Source: Ranitomeya imitator
Taxonomy: Eukaryota
DNA length: 64,000 nt
Assembly (NCBI RefSeq): GCF_032444005.1
Contig: NC_091285.1
Span: 651,682,001 to 651,746,000, forward strand
Direction: 5' to 3'
Made by a program: the position numbers and the translations under genes. Below, in pieces: positions 13,796 through 26,115 of this stretch. Below the pieces are notes generated by a model that saw nothing but the letters and a program-made list of their open reading frames with translations, was not told the DNA's origin and searched no databases. Within the stretch, counting starts at the first letter, position 1; each line of letters begins with the position of its first letter.

Positions 13796-14244
13796 TCTAT
13801 ATATATAATTGTCTAAGGGTTTTTCCGTCTGTCTGTCTGTCTGTCTGTCTGTCCTGGAACTCCCGGCTCTCTGATTGGTCGAGGCCGCCAGGCCTCGACC
13901 AATCAGAGACCGGCACAGCATCGACGTAGAAATCCCGCGTCTCTGATTGGTCGAGGCCGCCAGGCCTCGACCAATCAGCAACGGGCACAGCGACAATGAT
14001 GTCATAAAGGACGTAGAAATCCCGCGTCTGATTGGTCGAGGCCGCCAGGCCTCGACCAATCAGCAACGGGCACAGCGACGATGATGTCATAATGGTTGCC
14101 ATGGCGACGATGTCATAAAGGTTGCCTCGACCAATCAGCGACGGGCACAGTCTGCCGCGAATTCTGGAATCATCATTGTCCATATACTACGGGGATATGC
14201 ATATTCTAGAATACCCGATGCGTTAGAATCGGGCCACAATCTAG
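13796..14244 (+). mobile_element. Non-autonomous Helitron
   Basis: 5' TC and 3' CTAG ends, inserted between A and T with no TSD; subterminal hairpin CCCGAT...ATCGGG. Confidence 0.8.
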
Positions 14245-16141
14245 TAAAAGACGTGCAGCTTGTCCGGAGTCGCAGGGCTGACGGATGACACAAAGTGGAC
14301 ACGTGATTTCATGACATCACCTCCAGTATGCTGTTACATGTGGACGCTGCATGTTTGGCGCTGCGGCCACACGCAGCGCCAAACATACAGCGTTTCCAGA
14401 ACGTGGACATGTACCCATAACCCAATATATAAAACAAACAGACATCTGCTTACCTGACGTGCATGTCGATTCAGAATTAGAAGCATCAACCCCAGGATCG
14501 CAATCCGGTGTGGCATGCGGAGCTGGATCCGTGGGCTGTCATCTGGACGACGCTCAGCACGTCCACTCATTTTGATGTGTAAGTTCCAAAATGGAGGATG
14601 GAAGAAGAAAAGGGTTGGACAAGGAAATGACATCATTTTTTTTTTTTTTTCCCCCACTGCAGTAAACTTTATTTCTGTCAAACACAGACAATCTGCAGAC
14701 AAAACTGCATCAAAAAACGCACTAAAAAACGCACTAAAAAACGCACTAAAAAACATACCTGCGTTTTCTGCAGAGACCTGCGGTTTCAGTCAGGAAAAAA
14801 AAAGGATGGAAATCCTGAACGTGTGAACATAGCCTAACGAAGATAAGATTAAAAAGATATATGCGGATCCAAAGTGCAACAGATATAATCGATCCAGACT
14901 CAAAAACAGGCAGTGTCAGGGGTCATTAAATATAGCGTACATAAGGTGCAAATTGCGACCCAAAGCCTAGGGATGCTTCTAATGTTACAAGAAAAAGTGC
15001 TAATGTGCTTTAGTGCAAAAAAGTCTAAGCAGCAAAAGAAGGCTGTAGGAATAGGGACTATAGGACTATACCTAATGAAAATGATCCTAGTGTGCTATGC
15101 GACCTAGATAGTTTCCAGAGAGGTGAGCAAGTCCTATTCAAACAACCATAGAAAATGACCCTGAAAAATAAGGCACAGTGGCAGAGACACATTACCTGTG
15201 AGCCGTGGAGCAATTCCCCGACGCGCGTTTCGCGTGTAGCTTTTACGAGGGGTAAGGTACAGGGATGGCGTGTTTGCAGCTTTTATCATGTGCGGACATA
15301 GGAGGCAGCGGCTGAGGCGGCGCTCCCGCCGGGGGAATCCGCCGACGTCATCGGGCCTCGGCGTCACGTGGCAGCGGCGCTCCTCCCCGCTCGACGCGTC
15401 AGAGTGGGGAGGCTGTACCGCTCCACAGCAGACGCGTTGCCCCGGCAACGCCAGAGCTGGAAGCCAAACGGGAGCGCACACCGCTGCAAGAGCGGCTTCT
15501 AAATGAAAGGCATGTACAGCGGTATTCATGGGACTAATAGGGAAAGAGAACGTCTATCTGAGATGAATGATTTAATGAGGGAAAGACAGATAGTGTGAAC
15601 ATATTAAGAGAAAATGGTGAAATGCTAACTAGGGGAAACAACTATCACGGAACACCGGATAGTATGACTATATAAGACATGAATCCAAAAGTGACCTGCA
15701 CTAGAGTTACAGCGCAATAGTGAAAAGATTTATTAGTATATTGTGGAGGAAGCAGAGCTGCAAAAAGAAAAGCTGCCTGCCAACATAAAAAGGGGTGTGA
15801 GGAAATAAAGGAGGTAAGAAGGAGAAAGGAAAAAGAAAAGGTGGCAGATATGTCTTATTATGTCAAATAGAGAATTTGTACATTAAATAAAGAATTTCCA
15901 ATATAAGCAGAACATGTGCTAAGTGTCTAAAAGGGCACTGAAAAAACATATAAAAACAATATAACATAGACGTTTCAAGATTCCATAGTAGCGATGTGTA
16001 GTCCCCAAGAGGAGTAAATTGTTCCATTAGAGTTCGATATAGTCCTTAGGTGCCAGCAGCAAGTGCCCAGTGTGTCCGCATTATTCAGCAATGGAAAAAA
16101 GAGCATGATTAGGATATGGGTATTGGGATGTAAATCTGTTA

Positions 16142-16464
16142 GGCAGTAGACCGTAACATATTGGGACAGGCGATACAGTTGCTGCAGGGGTAAAAACCCC
16201 ATTTGGGTCCCTTCGACAAAAAAGCTTTATCTGGAGTTGAGCCAGAATAATAGCTCCGGACTAGTTGATCCTTGAGGTTTGGGGATTTCCTGTAGGTGAC
16301 AGAGGGCCAGTCCGGGAGGTGTTTGGAGAGAGTGTGGTCAATCTTTAGTAGTGGCCAATATTTTGTTTGTTAAAGCTCCTTTCATATCCCTCCAACTGTG
16401 GTTGTATGTGGTAATGAAGCGAATTTGCGTGTCAAACGCGGGTTTATTACGAGGTTTCAATAAG
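16142..16464 (-). pseudogene. PLE RT-to-endonuclease linker fragment, inverted
   Basis: RFITTYNHSW... (1-bp frameshift) ...YWPLLK...VTYRKSPNLKDQLV...GFYPCSNCIACPNMLRSTA. Confidence 0.7.
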
Positions 16465-16465
16465 T

Positions 16466-16872
16466 CCTGTCCCAATATGTTACGGTCTACTGCCTTTAAA
16501 TCTTCAGATGGTAAGACTACATTCTCCATTACGCAACACATCACATGTGATACCTTTGGGGTGGTCTACTACCTATTCTGTCCATGCCAAAAAATATACG
16601 TCGGCCTTACATCAAGACCACTGAAAACAAGGATTAGGGAGCACTATCGGGATATTGTAAATGCCCGTGAAGTTGAGGATCTTGCTCTCCTTAAACCAGT
16701 ACCTAAACACTTTAAAATGGCACATGGCTGTGATGCATCCCTTTTAAAGGCAATGGGCATAGACAAAATTCATATAGATGCCAGAGGAGGTAACTGGAGG
16801 AAATCCCTTGCCCAATTAGAGGCCCGATGGATCCACAGGATAGGTTCGGTCCAGCCTTCCGGGTTAAACTAA
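16466..16872 (+). pseudogene. PLE GIY-YIG endonuclease domain, 5'-truncated
   Basis: ITCDTFGVVYYLFCPCQKIYVGLTSRPLKTRIREH...E..WI...GLN* is the typical PLE GIY-YIG pattern. Confidence 0.85.
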
Positions 16873-19853
16873 ATTCTCAGCTTCGCCCCATTTCTCTAAC
16901 TTATTTTTTATATAATTTTTTTTAGCTGTTTTATCATGATTTTAATACTTGTATTTCTTTTTCTCTAACAGATTTACATCCCAATACCCATATCCTAATC
17001 ATGCTCTTTTTTCCATTGCTGAATAATGCGGACACACTGGGCACTTGCTGCTGGCACCTAAGGACTATATCGAACTCTAATGGAACAATTTACTCCTCTT
17101 GGGGACTACACATCGCTATTATGGAATCTTGAAACGTCTATGTTATATTGTTTTTATATGTTTTTTCAGTGCCCTTTTAGACACTTAGCACATGTTCTGC
17201 TTATATTGGAAATTCTTTATTTAATGTACAAATTCTCTATTTGACATAATAAGACATATCTGCCACCTTTTCTTTTTCCTTTCTCCTTCTTACCTCCTTT
17301 ATTTCCTCACACCCCTTTTTATGTTGGCAGGCAGCTTTTCTTTTTGCAGCTCTGCTTCCTCCACAATATACTAATAAATCTTTTCACTATTGCGCTGTAA
17401 CTCTAGTGCAGGTCACTTTTGGATTCATGTCTTATATAGTCATACTATCCGGTGTTCCGTGATAGTTGTTTCCCCTAGTTAGCATTTCACCATTTTCTCT
17501 TAATATGTTCACACTATCTGTCTTTCCCTCATTAAATCATTCATCTCAGATAGACGTTCTCTTTCCCTATTAGTCCCATGAATACCGCTGTACATGCCTT
17601 TCATTTAGAAGCCGCTCTTGCAGCGGTGTGCGCTCCCGTTTGGCTTCCAGCTCTGGCGTTGCCGGGGCAACGCGTCTGCTGTGGAGCGGTACAGCCTCCC
17701 CGCTCTGACGCGTCGAGTGGGGAGGAGCGCCGCTGCCACGTGACGCCGAGGCCCGATGACGTCGGCGGATTCCCCCGGCGGGAGCGCCGCCTCAGCCGCT
17801 GCCTCCTATGTCCGCACATGATAAAAGCTGCAAACACGCCATCCCTGTACCTTACCCCTCGTAAAAGCTACACGCAAAACGCGCGTCGGGGAATTGCTCC
17901 ACGGCTCACAGGTAATGTGTCTCTGCCACTGTGCCTTATTTTTCAGGGTCATTTTCTATGGTTGTATGAATAGGACTTGCTCACCTCTCTGGAAACTATC
18001 TAGGTCGCATAGCACACTAGGATCATTTTCATTAGGTATAGTCCCATAGTCCCTATTCCTACAGCCTTCTTTTGCTGCTTAGACTTTTTTGCACTAAAGC
18101 ACATTAGCACTTTTTCTTGTAACATTAGAAGCATCCCTAGGCTTTAGGTCGCAATTTGCACCTTATGTACGCTATATTTAATGACCCCTGACACTGCCTG
18201 TTTTTGAGTCTGGATCGATTATATCTGTTGCACTTTGGATCCGCATATATCTTTTTAATCTTATCTTCGTAATACTGTTTTTTTCTTGTTTACCTATTGA
18301 TTGAAATAAAGTATGTTCACTATTTTAAGGCCATAGCTCTCTCTTGTTCTTTTTTCGGATGTATCTGTAAAAAAGTAAGTTAGATATGCAAGAAATCAGA
18401 AAAAAACCCTCTTTTCCAAGAAATAATGTTTCAGGGCAATGGTGGCGTGTGTCACCGTGTAGCTGTCGGGTTCGTACAGCAGTGATACATGTAGGATTGA
18501 GAAATCCTGGTCCCTGTAGTGGGAAGGAATTAAGTGCATCCTATTCAGGGGAAATGAGAGCTCTTTAAGAAAGAAAAACAGTCAGAGGAAAGATGTGGGT
18601 ATATCAGGATACAAATGGGCGGCTGGGGACCGGCATTCCTCACGCATGATGTGAGGGGCAGATACCAGAGAGAACACCTGCAAGGCTTCAGTTACGAGGA
18701 CGGAGCACCGGCATCCCGGCTCTGGCATGTTGGGAAGTGTTCATGGTGTATATCAAGCTGCCGCCAGGGCAGCTATGGAATACATCAAGCCGTGGCCTAA
18801 CTCCTCCTGAACCCCAAGGTCGTTGGGCCCAAGGAGTTATGTTTTACATAACTCGGACTTTGTGCCATGAAGGGTCACCCATGACTGCCGAGGATGTCTA
18901 TATACCATAAAAATGAATGACAAGTATATGGCGCAGCGGCTATATAGGCATAGGGCCAAGGAGAAGCCATCAAGGGCCTAACATGGAGGTCATTACCATG
19001 CGCTCTTTATAATACTGGTGTCTCATGTCCCCCTCAAGCAAGAGTCCGGGTGCAACTACGACCTCTGCACCCCCATATAGCTACACACCTTGGCTCTTTC
19101 AGTGCAGAGGCAAAAACTGCAACAAAATCAGAGGTAGCGCTAAAAATCTTAAAAAATCAGCACCGACACATACATTTTGTGCCACACTGACACTACTACG
19201 TATTCCCTCCCCCTAAAATCCCTAGCCTTCTACAAAAGGTAGCACCCCATTTCATGCCTCTCAGTGAAATAGTGCTCCCTCCATGCCCACACAAAGTAGT
19301 AGTGACCCCTTATTTCTCCACATAATAAATTGCCCCTTGTATGTCCCCACATAATAGTGCCCTCCTTATTTTGCCAACATATTAGTTTCCCACAAAATAA
19401 TACTGCCTTTCATTACAGCCACATAATACTAGTGCCTCTTATTTATTCCACAAAATAATAGGGCTCCATATTTCTACCACAAAGTAATAATGTCATCTTA
19501 TGTCACTCAAGCAATATTAGTGCCCCCTTCCCCCCACCAAATAGTTCCCCCTTATGTCCCCAAAATAAAATTAGTACCCCTTTGTGCCCCCACACCAGTA
19601 TTGTGCTTCCCACATAATAGTCTAATAATAGTTCTCCCTACGTAATAAGAGTGCCACTTATTTACCCCACAAAATTAGTGCCATTTATGTATCCTACATA
19701 ATAAAAGCCATATATCCTTCACATAATAATCCTTCCTTTTGTCCCCTCATGATACCCCTTTATGCCCCCACAGAATTATAGTTACCCCCCCAGAAAATAG
19801 TGTAATCGTATGTCCCCACATCATAAAAGTGCCCCTTCCTTACCCCACATAAG

Positions 19854-19976
19854 AAGGAGTCATGCTCACCACATAGAAAAAAACCATAGAGCAATCACAA
19901 CAGAATGTAATCATATAATGTTTTATTTGTTATTAATAGTAGACCATACAAAAATATCATCAATAGTAAAAGATAG

Positions 19977-20007
<31 letters not shown>

Positions 20008-20835
20008 AAATTGTATATTAAAATATATGAATATAGCAGTGCCTGTGGCTATCTGATGGCCCAATAATGTAAGTTAAGTGTCCATATAGTATTCCAAAAA
20101 GGCCCTTTAGAATCAAACCAACTGTGCTGGTAAAAATGAAAACACAGGAACAGTGCGTCCGAAACGCGCGTCGGGGTGCCCTGGAGAGCTGCTGGTGGTC
20201 CCCGGAATTATATATACCATTTATACAAAGTAAGTGTCCTCCCATATGGTCCTTATATCGGCCCCCTTTGACCTCACTTGGTTTTATAGTATCTAGGTTC
20301 GTGCACAACTTTGTTATACACCATACTTATACTGCACATAAGCATATTATAATATTCCCACACCTACTTCCCCCCCCCCCTTTTTTTGCCCTGTTTTCAT
20401 TTTTACCAGCACAGTTGGTTTGATTCTAAAGGGCCTTTTTGGAATACTATATGGACACTTAACTTATATTATTGGGCCATCAGATAGCCACAGGCACTGC
20501 TATATTCATATATTTTAATATACAATTTTACACATATATATATATATTTTTTTTTTTTTTCTATCTTTTACTATTGATGTTCTTTTTGTATGGTCTACTA
20601 TTAATAACAAATAAAACATTATATGATTACATTCTCTGTTGTGATTGCTCTATGGTTTTTTTCTATGTGGTGAGCATGACTCCTTCCAATTAACGTAGTG
20701 TTTCACTACACCACTGGCACACTGGGTGTTCTCAGGGTATACATCTATATGGATTATTAATTATTTTATCTTTTGTATTTTATACATGTAAATTGTTTTT
20801 ACCCTGTTGACATTAGTGTGTTTTACTAATTATTT
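19854..20835. mobile_element. Small fold-back PLE terminal-repeat remnant
   Basis: Arms 19853-20144 and 20392-20686 are reverse complements; half-hammerhead GAAACGCGCGTCGGGG in the spacer; candidate 13-bp TSD TACCCCACATAAG. Confidence 0.6.
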
Positions 20836-20902
20836 TACCCCACATAAGTAGTGATCCCTTGTGTCCCTCACATAATATTTGTGCTTTATATCCTTCACAT
20901 AA

Positions 20903-21250
20903 GGCTTGGTTCATATTGCGTTAATGTGACTGCGCTAACGGACAGCGTTGCACGGCGAAATTAACACCGTGCAACGCGTCCGTAGCGCGCCCATTAACAG
21001 CAACGGGGACGCGCATCACTAGCGCGTGCCATTTTCGGCACGCGCTAGCGATGTGCCGGTGTTTTGTGGCGCGCCGCGGACGCTGCTTGCAGCGTCCGCG
21101 GGGCGCCCGAGGTCCGTTCCCCGCTCTCGCAGATCGGAGATCTGCGAGAGCGGGGATGTTTAACGCGACCCCATAAAACAACATTGCGTTAGCGCAATCT
21201 GCTAGCGCTAGGCGCTAAACGGATTGCACTAACGCAATATGAACCTAGCC
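20903..21250. mobile_element. PIF/Harbinger MITE
   Basis: TIRs GGCTTGGTTCATATTGCGTT / AACGCAATATGAACCTAGCC; TAA TSD on both sides. Confidence 0.85.
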
Positions 21251-22278
21251 TAATAGTACCCCTTTATGCCCCCACACAATTATACTGCACCACCACATAT
21301 CTTTTAACCCACATAACTAATGTCCCCTTATTTCTCCCACATAATAATAATGCTCCTTATTTACTCCACATAATGAAATCCCCCCCAGATAATAGTGGCA
21401 CTCCCTTTTGCCCCCCCTCATAATACTCCTTTATGCCCCCCACATAAGTTTCATCTTATGTTCCCACCTAATAATTGTGTCCCTGCTTTGCCCCACTTAA
21501 TTAGTGCCCCCTTCAGTCCTTCACATATTGGCACTTCGTATCCTACACATAATAGTATCCTTTTATGTCACCACGCAATTATAGAGCCCCCATATAAGTG
21601 TTCTTACGTCCCCACATAATAGTTATCCATATTTACCCCACATAATAATAGCGCCATCTTATTTCACGTACATATTTTCAACCCCTTTTTCCCCTCACCA
21701 AATCATAGTGCCCCTCTTACTCCCCCACACAATTATAGTGCCCGCCACACAAATACAGTGTCATCATATGTCCTGACACAATAACAGTGCCCCTTATTTA
21801 CCTCACATAAAAATAGTACCCACATTTGCCAAAAATAATAATAAAAAAAGACGCTTCTTTCAAAAATTCTATCCAGTGGACTCGGTTTAGGGAGTACGAT
21901 GAGGTTAGTGAATCGTGCCGCCTGTGGTAACCTGTGCACAGCCGAATGTCTTATAGACTGGAGTCGCATATTGCCGCGGGCCTCCGAGAACGATAGGACT
22001 GACGGACCCATGCTCTCCCATAGTAGCCAACAATATCCACGTGCAGAGGGTGCAAGTCCTGCGCTAGTTATCTGGAATCCTGGACCATAGATGTAGGGCT
22101 TGTACCATGCAATCCCAGTTTTTAAAGGGCTTATATGAGATTTTTAAAAACAGCGCCACTCTTGTATATTGGTCATTTCTGGTATTGCAGCTTTTTTTCC
22201 CCCGACATCTGTTTCAGTATACCTCTGAGCTCCTTCATCTTCAGCTCAGAAGTAGTCTGGAACCATGAAGACACATAA

Positions 22279-22520
22279 GGCTACGTTCAGACTAGCGTTG
22301 TGCGCCGCTGCGTCGTTTTTTGCTGAAAATCGGACGCAAGAAAAATGCAACTTGTTGCGTTTTCTTGGTCCGACGCTTGCGGCAAAAAAGACGCATGCGT
22401 CGCCAAACGCAACAAACAAAAACGCATGCGTCCCCCATGTTAAACATAGGGGCGCATGACGCGTGCGTCGCCCGACGCTAACCCGACGCACACTAGCACA
22501 ACGCTAGTCTGAACGTAGCC
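22279..22520. mobile_element. PIF/Harbinger MITE
   Basis: TIRs GGCTACGTTCAGACTAGCGTTG / CAACGCTAGTCTGAACGTAGCC; flanks TAA and TTA. Confidence 0.85.
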
Positions 22521-25500
22521 TTACTCTGCTTAGGAGCTGTAAACCCAAAACGGTAAGGCAATTTTAACCCAAAATGAAGATGTATCTTTCTTTTAATTTC
22601 AGATGCATAAGGGAGGGCAGGGACGGATTTAACGTTAATGGTTTACTGTTTTTCCGTATTGATAAAAACTTGAGTAGGAAAGTTCTGGCAGTACTGTGCC
22701 TTTAGCTGCGTTCTTTCTGCAGCACAGGAGTAGTCTGGCTTGTAGATGTGTTACAGAATGTCACGCTTAATTTCCCCTCTGGTTGTGGTCCCCGCAGCCA
22801 GGGGCGAGCTTTACTTCCCACTATTCCCACAGTCTATTTTTTTTCCTCTTGCCTTTTTCTTAAAGGTCACAATGTGGAAAATGAATTAGTACATTTTCCA
22901 GGTTTTTGCCAATAACGTTCATTTTTCAAATGAGTCTTACATCTCTCCCCCCACCCACCCCAAAAAAATGAACATAATTCAGTCATGTTAATTCACCCAT
23001 GTTACTCAAAGCCGTGGACGGAGTCTGGGCAATGTCATGATTAAGCTTTGCAACAAAAAAAAGCAGCTGGGGGTAGTCTTCGTAGGGTTAATTTCTCAAC
23101 ATTGTATTGTATGGTTTACTGTTAGTGTGCGCTCACACCGATTTTTCTTTTAAACTCTCAAAATCCTTCTCAAATGCTCTGTACTAATGTACTAACGGTT
23201 GTTCTGGTGATGTATTTATGTAATTACCCCTTTACATTTTTTTGAGGCCCTTGGGATTACTTCAGTATGGCAATTTTGCCCTTGGACCAAAAAAAGTTGC
23301 ATTTCCATGGTCTAGAGGATCAAAATCAGGAAAAAATATGAAATTTTCACATCGACTTTGTACTAAATACCTTTTTGCAATCTCAAAACATGGCATCTCG
23401 TTACTGGAACCTGCAGTGATCAGCGGCAAGTATTCCGTTTTACTACAGCACCTCCACAGGAGGAATGAAGAATTGCGCAATTCTCATTGAAATTGTTGTG
23501 TCTGGTCCTCCAGCGAGAGAAATGATGATGGTTGTGATCAAGGGACTCTTTTGCTGTAATGGGATATTGAAAATTAGTTTTCTGACTGCATAACTCCTTG
23601 CTATGTATTTATTGAGCTGCTAGTCTCAGAATCTCAATTAATTAATTTCCCTTCACAACTACCTGTTGACACCAGTAGGGGGCGATCTGTATGCAGTTCC
23701 TACTCATGTCAATGGGAAGTGAGTACGGCATTATACAGCCCCCTAGTTGTGACAAAGTAGTTTGATTTTTGCAAGAGTGCAGGAACGGGGCTCTGTATAT
23801 ATAGGATGGGGTACTGCAGTCTTATCATATAAGTCAGGAATAAACCTGAAAGGCAAAACTATTCATGAAATGGTAAACAGGGGGAAAGGCATCACTGGCA
23901 AACTGTACCTGAACCGATACATTGTACCAAACCATGCTGATGTAGTTAGCTTGTTTTTAGCTTCTGTATTTGAGCAAGAATTTACGAATACGCTCACAGC
24001 AAGCAGAGATCTTGGGGGGAAAAAAATGATCGAAGATTTGTTTTTAATAAATGATAAGCTATTTCCTATGTCACTGTTGGAACCCCCATCAGATGGGGGC
24101 TCTGCAGAACCCCAGCCCGAATAGAGCAGAGATGCGCATGCTCAACTAATGTCTATGGGAAGAGCAGCAATAGCAAAGCGCTGGACTTGGGATTTTCCAG
24201 CAGTCCCATAGACAACAGCAGGAGCGGAGATCAAGAACGCACACCTCCATTTAAGACGGGGCTCTGTAGGATCATTGGAGGTCTCAGCGGTTGGACCCCA
24301 AGTAATCAGCAAGTTTATTATTTTTAGGAATAACCCAATTATTTTGGGAGACAAACAATATGGCTACTATTACAGATCCCGGGATCCGTCACCAAGTCCA
24401 AAGTCATTAATTTTTCTGCTATATTTTTGTACTGTATACTTGGTTAAAAAGTTTTCTTTTTCCTCCATTTATAATATATCATTCAAAAACCTGTTAGCGC
24501 TCCCACCCCGCCGCCCGTCGCCATATCTGTGTATTAATGAGGCTCTTTGCAGCTTAACGTACGAAATCCGAGGGAAATGTTTCCGAAATATCGTCCGCCT
24601 CCCACCTGCAGGCTCGTAAATATGTGTTATCATCTGCTGAAGGGCTTCGGTTCTTGTGTTTTCCTTGGCAGGGGAGAGGTTTTCAAGCATTTTTTCGAAT
24701 GAACAAGGAGTTAGAAATTGTCAGGCCGCATTCCTGGTCTGGGCCGCGGCCAGCGGAGAAAGCAGCGCAGACCCCCGGTGCCTGGGGGAATTGCGCTGTG
24801 TTGCTTTTGGCTGGGGTTTCTCTGGAAGCTTTTCCCCGTTCGGTCCCCGAGCAGTCAGAAAGGGTTTGTGAAATATGACACAATAAAATCCATTCATTAC
24901 ATCCGCCCCTTCTCGCCCTCGCAAAAACAAAAATGGCGGCTAAGTTCCAACCCTACGCGGGGGGGCGTTGGAAGAGGCCCAAAATTAACACGGGGACCGC
25001 GTGCTTGGATTTGGACAGTGCGGCCCCTCACTTTACCTTTCTTCCCCCTTTTCCTCCTCTAAGTAGCTAATTGCTCCGTTCTGCACAACTTAGCAGAACA
25101 ATCTCCTCAGCGTCCACTTGTGGGAGCCGTGGACTCTCTCCGGAGGTCTGGCCTACATATGATCCTGCCCTAACGTGAGCCCCCCAATGTCCTGCCCGTA
25201 CATACTGCTACCCGGGCGGTATATACACTTCCGGCTCCCTTAAGGGGGTGGCGAAGATTATAGGGGAGTGCCCTTAAAATGTTTTTTTTTCCTTAAAATT
25301 TCTCAGCCATTTCCCCACTTAGAGAAAATCACCCCCGACATACAGATACAGCCAGCAATTACCGCAATTATTCTACACGGAGCGGGGCTATCAATGTCCT
25401 CCTGTGGTGCAACAGAAAAACAAGAAAAGGAAAAAAAAAAATGAATATAAGAAGAACCACACAAAAAAGGACTATAATCCACACAAACAAACAAAAAAAA

Positions 25501-25681
25501 TCAAAACTAACATAAACAAAATAATAAAGAACCTTCCACAAAACTCACGACAAAAAAGACAAAAGCAAAAAAATAAAATAAATAAAAACACAGTAAAAGA
25601 CAAAAAAAAATAAAGTTCTACCCACCCCTTAAAAAAAAAAATCTGAGTACTAAAAAAATAACACAAACAAAAAGAACTTAA

Positions 25682-26115
25682 AGGGAATATGTACCACCTA
25701 ATATGAGAGCAGTATAATGTAGGGGCAGACACCCCGATTCCAGCGATGTGTCACTTACTGGGCTGCTTGCTGTAGTTTTAATAAAAATCAGTTTTATCAG
25801 CAGATTATCACTAGAGGACTAGGAAATGTAGTCATGCCATATAGTCCTCCATATCCATGAGCTTTGCATAACCCCGCCTCTCACCACTGATTGGCAGCTT
25901 TCTGTGCACGCTGTGCATAGGCAGAAAGCTGCTTATCGGTGATGTGGGTGGGGTTATACACAGCTCAGCATTCAGAGAACTGCTAGACCTGCAGCAGAGA
26001 TAATGGATTTTTATCAAAACTGCACGAAGCAGCCCAGGAAGTGACACATCGCTGGAATCAGGATCTCTGCCCTTACATCATGCTGGTGTAGCAAATACCT
26101 AGTGACAGATTCCCT
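25682..26115. mobile_element. TTAA-flanked T2/Kolobok-type MITE
   Basis: TTAA|AGGGAA...TTCCCT|TTTAA ends; internally palindromic; same family as 48421-48866. Confidence 0.65.

Larger units (their letters stand above)
6549..14834. mobile_element. Autonomous-type PIF/Harbinger DNA transposon (8.3 kb)
   Basis: TIRs GGCCATGTTCACAC / GTGTGAACATAGCC; the empty site (CAGTA-TTA-CGAAG) is preserved in the other PLE arm near 18270; convergent transposase and MADF genes. Confidence 0.85.
6406..18364. mobile_element. Fold-back Penelope-like element (about 3.7 kb of its own sequence), interrupted by a Harbinger
   Basis: Left arm (6454-6548 plus 14838-16141) is the reverse complement of 16965-18364; GIY-YIG ORF in the centre; CTGTAAAAAAGTAA at 6392-6405 and 18365-18378 as candidate TSD. 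Confidence 0.8.
19230..21850. repeat. Degenerate AT-rich minisatellite region (CCCCACATAATAGTGCCC-like units) hosting later insertions
   Basis: Motif recurs throughout the region. Confidence 0.55.

Noticed and set aside
15134-17973. Duplicated 131-aa and 78-aa ORFs
   Set aside because: Lie in the non-coding inverted PLE arms; GC-rich chance ORFs with no recognisable domain
18600-19050. Possible Tx1-like LINE fragment
   Set aside because: Only vague similarity across frameshifts; needs a Dfam or Repbase search
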